DNA of 64,000 nucleotides from an uncultured Gammaproteobacteria bacterium (GTDB lineage Bacteria; Patescibacteriota; Patescibacteriia; Magasanikbacterales; UBA922): positions 778,892-842,891 of the forward strand of contig CAZQXB010000001.1 in NCBI GenBank assembly GCA_964597575.1, written 5' to 3'. Position 1 is the first letter of the stretch; each line of letters opens with the position of its first letter. A program made the position numbers and the translations under genes. The notes under the pieces are model-generated. The model saw only the letters and a list, made by a program, of their open reading frames with translations. It made no database searches and had not been told where the DNA came from. This document shows, one piece after another, positions 57,202 to 64,000 of the stretch.

Positions 57202-58350
57202 ATGCGTATTGCCATGATCGGACAAAAGGGCATTCCAGCCACCTCAGGGGGTGTCGAGCGTCATGTGAATGATCTCGCTGTTTCCCTGAGTAAAGAAGGG
57301 CACGCCGTTGTGGTGTATGCTCGTCCTTGGTATACGCAATCAACTCCAGACACGGTTGACGGTGTTAGCATGGTGTATATCGGATCTCTTCACACCAAAC
57401 ACCTCGACACTATTACCTATACTTTTTTGGCTACGCTTCACGCCATGCGTCGCCGCCCCGATATTATTCATTATCACGGCGTAGGACCTGCACTTCTTTC
57501 GTGGATTCCTAAAATTTTTGCCCGAAAGACTACGATTGTCACGACATTTCATTCCATCGACCGCAAACATCAAAAATGGGGTGTATTTGCTCGCATGATG
57601 CTTCGCTTAGGTGAATGGGCAACCTGCCAGTTTGCTGATCGTGTTATTTCGGTTTCCCCAACCATTCAGCAATATGCTCGGGATGTATACGACCGCGAAA
57701 CGGTGTATATTCCAAATGCCGTTCCAGAACGACACGACACTCCAAGCACTGAACCTCTCCAAAAATTTGGGATTACTTCAGGATCGTATCTTCTTATGGT
57801 TTCTCGCCTTATTCCTCATAAAGGCGCTCATTACTTGGTGCAAGCGTACCAAGAGTTAGAAAAAACCCGTCCCGATCTGGTAAAGAATATCCCCCTCGTT
57901 ATTACAGGAGACGGATACTACACCGAATCGTATACAAAAAAACTTGATACCTTGATCAATAAAAACAAACACATTATTCGAACCGGAGCAGCTGCAGGCG
58001 AAACACTTTCAGCACTGTATGCACACGCAAAACTTGTTGTTCACCCATCGGATAACGAAGGTTTACCGCTTGTCGTTCTTGAAGCCATGAGTTATGGCAA
58101 ACCGATTTTGGTTTCAAATATCACGGAACATGCGTACCTTATTCCGAATCATGAATTTCAATTTGACCAAGGAAGTGTTTCCTCGCTTACCCACAAGCTC
58201 ATCACCTTGCTTGAAGCATCGAAAGAAGTTCTTGATCGCGCGGGGCAAGACAATAAAAAACATATGGAACTTGAATTCACCCTAGAGCGTATGGTTCGAC
58301 GAACAGCACACCTCTACGAACAGGCAGTCAACTCGAAGAGAAAAAAATAA
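57202..58350 (+). CDS. GT4 glycosyltransferase
   Basis: MRIAMIGQKGIPATSGGVE, SRLIPHKG, EGLPLVVLEAMSYG. Confidence 0.92.
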   Translation: MRIAMIGQKGIPATSGGVERHVNDLAVSLSKEGHAVVVYARPWYTQSTPDTVDGVSMVYIGSLHTKHLDTITYTFLATLHAMRRRPDIIHYHGVGPALLSWIPKIFARKTTIVTTFHSIDRKHQKWGVFARMMLRLGEWATCQFADRVISVSPTIQQYARDVYDRETVYIPNAVPERHDTPSTEPLQKFGITSGSYLLMVSRLIPHKGAHYLVQAYQELEKTRPDLVKNIPLVITGDGYYTESYTKKLDTLINKNKHIIRTGAAAGETLSALYAHAKLVVHPSDNEGLPLVVLEAMSYGKPILVSNITEHAYLIPNHEFQFDQGSVSSLTHKLITLLEASKEVLDRAGQDNKKHMELEFTLERMVRRTAHLYEQAVNSKRKK

Positions 58351-58360
58351 AATAACACCA

Positions 58361-58397
58361 CAAAACCCTCGACACTGTGCCGAGGGTTTTGTTTTTT
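58361..58397. terminator. Bidirectional terminator
   Basis: CAAAACCCTCG / CGAGGGTTTTG inverted repeat plus T tract between convergent genes. Confidence 0.82.
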
Positions 58398-58403
58398 CCT
58401 GAA

Positions 58404-60404
58404 CTATACGCCGGTATCTCGTGTCAAAAGAATAATATCATCGACCCCGTCAAAATTGACGTCAGCCGTATCGATAAGGAGCGTACTTGGCCGTTTCGTG
58501 ATAGGGGTAGAATCAGGAAGCACTCGCACACCCAAAGCTGAAAAAATTCCAAGCGTTGCTTTACTTGCATTTAAACCGCCAACAACAATTTCGCTTGCCC
58601 CACCTGGCACAACATTCCCAACGGCCACAGCCAGGCCTCCGGTCGTTTGCGGTCCAAATGGTACCCATTCTCGAAGTCGTGTGGCCGCTGCAGAATAAAT
58701 CCCCACCGTCCCCGCCCTTCCGCCGCCACTCCCAACCACAATCTCAGGCCCTGATCCATCGGATACATCACCTGCGCCGACCGTCATCCCTCCCGACCAT
58801 TTTGGCCCAAAAGGAAAAACATCGGTAGCTAAAACATCGCCATACAGACTATATATTTTGAGCGGCGCTACGACTCCAGCTCCGGGCACTATGACTATTT
58901 CTTTTTTTCCATCGTCCTCGGCATCAAACACAGCAAAACGAAGTTCTGCTTTGAAATTAGCTGTATACGGAAACACCTCAGCGATACGTTTCCCCTCATG
59001 ATTCAAAACCGTGAGCCGGGCCCCGTTCGCAATCACGATATCTCGCTCGCCATCACCATTCATATCCGTTCGAATCGTCGTAACTCCTGGCGGGATACTA
59101 CTATCGAATGTAAAAAAACCGTTCCGAACACGCTCGCCTTTTCCGTTTACAAAACGCGCAAACCAGCCATTCGGGTACACCAATTCTTCAAGTGTTTTGA
59201 GCGGCTTTAGTAACACGACTCCGTCGGTTGGGCCAACCGTAACCTCTTCAACAATCGCGCCACTATTCACAGCCCGATCCTGAACTCCAGTTATTTTTTC
59301 ATACTCTGAAAGAAGTGGCACGTGTACACTTTTTTCGCCCCCATTCACAATAGCTCGACCGCGCGCAAACTCACGCTGCCACACAGAATCCTCTGCCCCA
59401 ACCGGTGCGGCTTCTCCAACCGGAACACCCAAATCAATATCGTACTCGTCGTACCACCACAGCTGTCCGTGATTTTTGTCTCCAAAATCAAACGAAAAAT
59501 AATGATCGCTTAAAAGCGCACTCGTAAACCCAAGCCGCATAGCCGGATAATTCATCTGATTCCCGGTATTTCCGGAATTGCTATTCATAATATTCACGCG
59601 CGGGGGCAGCCGCAGCCGTGCATTCGCCCCTGCTTTCGCAAATAACTCGGCAAACCGCTTTTTATCATAATTCTCAAGAAGCATGCCGTTTAATTCTTTG
59701 GTATATGCTGGCGTGTCATTATTTCCGACAAGCACAATCGGATTTTTCGCCAGTGCCCGCGTCTGAGCAAACAAGCTAACCATACCCGCATGCCACCGCA
59801 CATCTGGCGCCCGATCTTCAGCCCCGTCATGATCAAGATCAAGCGGACCTGGGGCAAAATAGGAAATATTATCCCAGGCATTGTCGTAAAAAATACCGTT
59901 CCACAAACCGGTCGAAAGTACTTCGCGGGTCATGAAGTCGGCTAAATACTCGGTCCAGGTTTTTCCACCCACCCGAGGGCATTCTGGCGTTACATTCAGA
60001 AGTGTTGTACCTGGCCAAAATGATTTTTTCGCTCCATCGGGCGCTGTCACATACCACCGCGGATCAATGCCTTGAAACAGGCGGTACCGCATAGGAAAAA
60101 GCTGTTTCAGTCCAGAAAAATCGTAAAATGTTTCCTGGCTTGCGACATAGGCGAGCAAAATAATATCGGGATTTCGGCGACGAAGTTCACGGAGCTCTCC
60201 TGGGTAAAGCACTTGAAAATCCATGGGCAAAATAAGCAGATCCCATTTTGCAAGTGAGACCACATCACTTTGGGTCATTTTGGTTGCCAAAAACATGTTC
60301 GCAAGTTTTGGCGCTGCTGTTGAAACTTTTGTACTCGGCACCTCAGCCAAAAGAATCCTCGGAAAAAAGAGGAGGAACGCAAGCATCACCAGACGATACT
60401 TCAT
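58404..60404 (-). CDS. Secreted putative glycoside hydrolase (GHL15-like TIM barrel) with C-terminal FG-GAP-like repeats
   Basis: Signal peptide; LAKWDLLIL, RNPDIILLAY, WNGIFYDN, NGMLLEN, WYDEYDIDLG, VWQREF; repeats DMNGDGERDIV, GDVSDGSGPEIVVG. Confidence 0.65.
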   Translation of the reverse strand: MKYRLVMLAFLLFFPRILLAEVPSTKVSTAAPKLANMFLATKMTQSDVVSLAKWDLLILPMDFQVLYPGELRELRRRNPDIILLAYVASQETFYDFSGLKQLFPMRYRLFQGIDPRWYVTAPDGAKKSFWPGTTLLNVTPECPRVGGKTWTEYLADFMTREVLSTGLWNGIFYDNAWDNISYFAPGPLDLDHDGAEDRAPDVRWHAGMVSLFAQTRALAKNPIVLVGNNDTPAYTKELNGMLLENYDKKRFAELFAKAGANARLRLPPRVNIMNSNSGNTGNQMNYPAMRLGFTSALLSDHYFSFDFGDKNHGQLWWYDEYDIDLGVPVGEAAPVGAEDSVWQREFARGRAIVNGGEKSVHVPLLSEYEKITGVQDRAVNSGAIVEEVTVGPTDGVVLLKPLKTLEELVYPNGWFARFVNGKGERVRNGFFTFDSSIPPGVTTIRTDMNGDGERDIVIANGARLTVLNHEGKRIAEVFPYTANFKAELRFAVFDAEDDGKKEIVIVPGAGVVAPLKIYSLYGDVLATDVFPFGPKWSGGMTVGAGDVSDGSGPEIVVGSGGGRAGTVGIYSAAATRLREWVPFGPQTTGGLAVAVGNVVPGGASEIVVGGLNASKATLGIFSALGVRVLPDSTPITKRPSTLLIDTADVNFDGVDDIILLTRDTGV

Positions 60405-61630
60405 ACAAGATTCTGATATACCTCCTCGATTTTTATTCCGTGCGCGACCGGGTCATTTTCTCGCATTACTTCTTCTCGATTCGCGGCACCTATTTTTTCT
60501 CTTTCTTCTCGCTTCGCATTAAACCAATAGCGAATCGTTTCTGCAAGCACTGTCGCATTTCCCGCAGGCGCTGCCATATGGGCCGGAATCATTTCAGGAA
60601 TTCCTCCAATCGCACTTCCGATAACCACCTTCCCCATCGCCTTCGCCTCAAGGATGGCTAAGGGATAATTTTCATACCACACCGACGGCACCACAACGAA
60701 CCTGGCTGATCCAATCACTCGATATAACTCGAGCCCCGACAAAAAACCAGCAAAGGTTACATTGCGGATATGCAAATCTTCTGCGCGCTTTTCAAGTGCT
60801 TGCCGCATGGGCCCATCACCACAAATCACATACGGAATTTCTGGTGTCGCACTCGCAGCGGCAAATAATGTTTCAAGCCCCTTCTCTTCCGAGAGTCGGC
60901 CAGAGTAGACCACGGTTCCATTGTCTTCTGTTGTCATATCAGGAAACCCGTGAGCATCCACAGGATGCGGAATGTGCACCAATTTTTCTGGATTCCACCC
61001 CATACGACGGAACAATTCATACGAAAAAAGGGAGGGACAAATCAGTACATCAATATTTTTTTCGTATACGCGCAACATTTTGTGATGCAGAATCATTTCT
61101 GCCACACAAATCGCACTATACAGCCGACTATTTTTAATACTTTTATTCAAAATGGCGCGTACATACCACCCCATCATTTCTTCTTCATGAATCTGACCAT
61201 GATGAAACAGCGTGTAATTTGGAGAAAGCAAAGCATAATCATGGACCGTCATGACAACCGGAATTTTTTTGTCGGCCAAAACCGGCAGAATGGACGGAGA
61301 AATGTGGTGATAAATATTGTGGAGGTGCGCCACATGCACCGACTGATCTTGAAGAAGTCGCTTCATTTCTTTGGCTGCTTCTTTCGACCACAGCATTGTT
61401 TTCACTCCGTGCACTTTTTCTGAAAAACGCATCTTTTCTGGCTCGTGAATATCAATCGACGGAATAAAATACGACTCAAAAGGAGTGGGTAAATTTTGCG
61501 GATGCTTTGTCGAAAACGGAATTACGACATGATTCTGTTTACCGAGAATGGACGACAAATCCAGCATGTATTTCGATGCGCCATCCCGTGGCCAAAAATA
61601 CTTGTGGACCTGCAAAATATTCATACGCAC
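60401..61630 (-). CDS. GT4 glycosyltransferase
   Basis: HLHNIYH, TVHDY, GRLSEEKG, PSVWYENYPLAILEA. Confidence 0.92.
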   Translation of the reverse strand: MRMNILQVHKYFWPRDGASKYMLDLSSILGKQNHVVIPFSTKHPQNLPTPFESYFIPSIDIHEPEKMRFSEKVHGVKTMLWSKEAAKEMKRLLQDQSVHVAHLHNIYHHISPSILPVLADKKIPVVMTVHDYALLSPNYTLFHHGQIHEEEMMGWYVRAILNKSIKNSRLYSAICVAEMILHHKMLRVYEKNIDVLICPSLFSYELFRRMGWNPEKLVHIPHPVDAHGFPDMTTEDNGTVVYSGRLSEEKGLETLFAAASATPEIPYVICGDGPMRQALEKRAEDLHIRNVTFAGFLSGLELYRVIGSARFVVVPSVWYENYPLAILEAKAMGKVVIGSAIGGIPEMIPAHMAAPAGNATVLAETIRYWFNAKREEREKIGAANREEVMRENDPVAHGIKIEEVYQNLV

Positions 61631-61631
61631 T

Positions 61632-62711
61632 CTAGCGTTTTACGATATTTCGATACACCGATTCGTACGCTGCGACCATTCGGGCACGCGCAAAATGCTG
61701 TTTCGCATACACCCGCGCTGCCTCGGCTACCCGCACCGCTTCCTCAGGGTGCATAAGGATATTTCGAAGAGCATTTCGGAGCGCCTCGGAATCGTTTGGT
61801 GGAACAAGGAAACCGGTTTTATTATGCTGAATCAGTTCTGGCAAACCCCCAACCCGAGAAGCAAGAATGGGGCGGGCTGCGGCCATCGTTTCCATAGCCA
61901 CGATACCAAGACCCTCCCAAAGTGAGGGCATAAGAATAATATCATGTTTTTGAAGTGTCCCAGGCACGTCTGAAGTTGCAGGGGCAAACGAAACGCGATC
62001 ATTTAAATCGAGCTGCTCCACGAGCACACGAAGTTCGTCGTGCATTTCTCCGTCTCCAACAATCGACAAGTGCCATGGAATATCGGTCATTTTCGACAAG
62101 GCACGGAGTGCTACTGGTATTCCTTTTTGCGGCACTAATCGCCCAATCATAAGGAGCTTTGGCGTGGAAGAAAATACTGGCAGGGGTACCGACATGAACC
62201 GATCGAGGTCAATGCCGTACCGAATAACACATGAACCCGCGGCTTTATTCTTGTATGTTTTCATGGCAAACACATTGACCGCTTCAGAACATGCTACATA
62301 CGCGCGCGACAAGGGCGAGAGCACTCGTTTGACGAATAAACGAAGTCGGCCGACATCGGCGTCAATATTATGCTCTGTTGTTACGACTGGAATTCCAAGT
62401 GATCTCGCAGCGAGCCTGCCCCACACATCGCCCCCGAACAAATGCGTATGCACCAAATCTGGCTTCATATTTTGAAGCGCCGCACGAAGCGCAAAAAATA
62501 GCCCAACACTCACTTTCCCCCGCTTTGGCACTAATCGCACGTTCGCGCCCCCCGGCAAAATTTCTTTCACCATCGGCACGGCATCTTTTAAAACAATAAT
62601 ACTATACCGAAAATGATGATGATCTCCCCCATTCACAATATCAACCACGCAGCGTTCAGCCCCGCCGTAATTTAAGGTCGGAATAATATGAACAACATGC
62701 AACGGTTTCAT
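61632..62711 (-). CDS. GT4 glycosyltransferase
   Basis: GGAER, TTEHN, GRLVPQKG, PSLWEGLGIVAMETM; start set at ATG 62711. Confidence 0.92.
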   Translation of the reverse strand: MKPLHVVHIIPTLNYGGAERCVVDIVNGGDHHHFRYSIIVLKDAVPMVKEILPGGANVRLVPKRGKVSVGLFFALRAALQNMKPDLVHTHLFGGDVWGRLAARSLGIPVVTTEHNIDADVGRLRLFVKRVLSPLSRAYVACSEAVNVFAMKTYKNKAAGSCVIRYGIDLDRFMSVPLPVFSSTPKLLMIGRLVPQKGIPVALRALSKMTDIPWHLSIVGDGEMHDELRVLVEQLDLNDRVSFAPATSDVPGTLQKHDIILMPSLWEGLGIVAMETMAAARPILASRVGGLPELIQHNKTGFLVPPNDSEALRNALRNILMHPEEAVRVAEAARVYAKQHFARARMVAAYESVYRNIVKR

Positions 62712-62715
62712 ATGG

Positions 62716-64000
62716 TTAATTCTGTGGTGCAGGGCGAAGCACATGCACACCGGCAATAGCCACCCCAAACGGTAGCCACATCACACTTTGAAAGTACGAT
62801 GTATTAAAAAGTTCAAACACCATAATACCGGTCACCATTAAAAGAAGGGCTATCGCCATTGGCCGGTCGCCTTCATGGGAATATCGTACCTGCCTCCACA
62901 CGGTCATAAATACGTAAAGCAAAAATCCTAAAAAGAAAAGAACACCAAGGCCACCTTCTTCAAGAAGAACCTTTTGCAAAAATCCATGCGCATCAAGAGG
63001 CTCCCCAAAATCAATCGTATAGGCATTCGTTTCACCAAGTAACTTCTGATAGGTCCCAGGCCCATACCCAAGCCACGGCTCCCTTAGCGCATAAAACCAC
63101 GTGGCCTCACTTGCTGCCACCCGGGCAGACGTAGAACTGGCCACAATTGAGGTCGTTAAAAAGTACCCCATGTATAAAAGGATTGGCAGAAACACCACTA
63201 AAAACGGAAGAATACTTTTCGACCATTCTACAAATTTTGCTTTTACTCCTTGTCGCGACAAAAAGAGCACTGCGACCATGGCCTGTGTAAGCATCGCGAG
63301 CCACGCTGCGCGCGACAGTGTGAGAAGTGCAGCGAGCCCAATGATGCCTGCCCCAAGCAAGTACCACGTGCGTTCACGTTTTTTTCCCTCCATCGCTAAA
63401 GCCACAACAAGAGGAAGAAGCACAACCAAAGGTTCTGCTAATAAATTATGGTTGTAGCCAAGTGGCGCAATACCAAAAATGTTATATGGCACCAACCGAA
63501 CTACCGCCCCCTGAGACACTGCCACAAGTGATGAAAGTCCAAACAGGGCAATACCAATAGCAAGAAAGGCCCACAGTTTTACTGCGCGATAAAATATTTC
63601 TCGATCACGAATCACGATGAGCGGAAACCACAAAAATGCGACATACGCAAAAGCCATCACGCGAAACCAGTATTTGAACGATGAGCCTGTAATGCCATCG
63701 TATACCATGAAGGCCGACACGAGAGCCAAGAGAAGAAATAGACCATAATACCGAAAGCCCCACAATTTTTGCACTAAGAGATGTGTTGAGGCGCCGGGCA
63801 TGCGCAGAAACCAAGCTACTGCGAGTGCAAGTAAACACCCTACGGCTAAAAATTCTACGAGTGGAGCATTCAGCCCGGGAATAATGGGCAGTGTTTTCGC
63901 CCATGCAAAACGGCTGAAATCAATTTGCCACCCCAGAAAAAAACCAAAAAATAAAATTACATACAAACCAATCTCCAAATGACGTGACAAAATCACAACC
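62716..64000 (-). CDS. Wzy_C O-antigen ligase/polymerase family protein (5' end probably off-window)
   Basis: Multi-TM, NHNLLA, LTLSRAAW, PWLGYGPG, DAHG. Confidence 0.82.
   Translation of the reverse strand, partial: VVILSRHLEIGLYVILFFGFFLGWQIDFSRFAWAKTLPIIPGLNAPLVEFLAVGCLLALAVAWFLRMPGASTHLLVQKLWGFRYYGLFLLLALVSAFMVYDGITGSSFKYWFRVMAFAYVAFLWFPLIVIRDREIFYRAVKLWAFLAIGIALFGLSSLVAVSQGAVVRLVPYNIFGIAPLGYNHNLLAEPLVVLLPLVVALAMEGKKRERTWYLLGAGIIGLAALLTLSRAAWLAMLTQAMVAVLFLSRQGVKAKFVEWSKSILPFLVVFLPILLYMGYFLTTSIVASSTSARVAASEATWFYALREPWLGYGPGTYQKLLGETNAYTIDFGEPLDAHGFLQKVLLEEGGLGVLFFLGFLLYVFMTVWRQVRYSHEGDRPMAIALLLMVTGIMVFELFNTSYFQSVMWLPFGVAIAGVHVLRPAPQN

Noticed and set aside
1-64000. CRISPR array, rRNA, DGR/retron, alternative genetic code
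   Set aside because: No spaced repeats, rRNA motifs or reverse transcriptase seen; long ORFs are intact under code 11 and TGA serves as a stop

Overview
64 kb of a small-genome bacterial chromosome. It is most likely Patescibacteria/CPR (ABY1-like), inferred from gene content, near-absent Shine-Dalgarno sites, TGn extended -10 promoters with very short leaders, and CPR-type surface proteins. The window is almost entirely a cell-envelope locus. Left end: tRNA(CAT), a class B PBP, pilT, a gtrA-like gene and a GT2/DUF2304/GT4 unit, followed by a secreted subtilase, a repeat surface protein and a priming glycosyltransferase. Two GC-rich orphan lipoprotein cassettes come next. A ~34 kb minus-strand glycosylation cluster (14.1-48.5 kb) follows, with ugd, uxs, asnB, wzx, many GT2/GT4, five GT-C-like membrane proteins, a radical SAM enzyme, SDR fusions, methyltransferases and a Wzy_C/TPR ligase. 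It lies directly downstream of a ~1260-aa S-layer-like gene with a highly structured 260-nt leader, preceded by an ECF sigma factor and a Ser/Thr-rich membrane partner. Right end: a small HTH regulator with paired operators and a second polysaccharide operon with a glycoside-hydrolase-like/FG-GAP protein. The best candidates for new biology are (i) an ECF-controlled S-layer plus polyprenol-phosphate/GT-C glycosylation system, (ii) a duplicated 'membrane GT-C + SDR-tagged tailoring enzyme' module containing a radical SAM enzyme, (iii) the structured S-layer leader RNA, (iv) a shared putative surface-anchor domain, and (v) the foreign-looking lipoprotein cassettes. No CRISPR array, rRNA, integrase or transposase was seen. 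All family calls are from motif recognition by eye; no searches were run.
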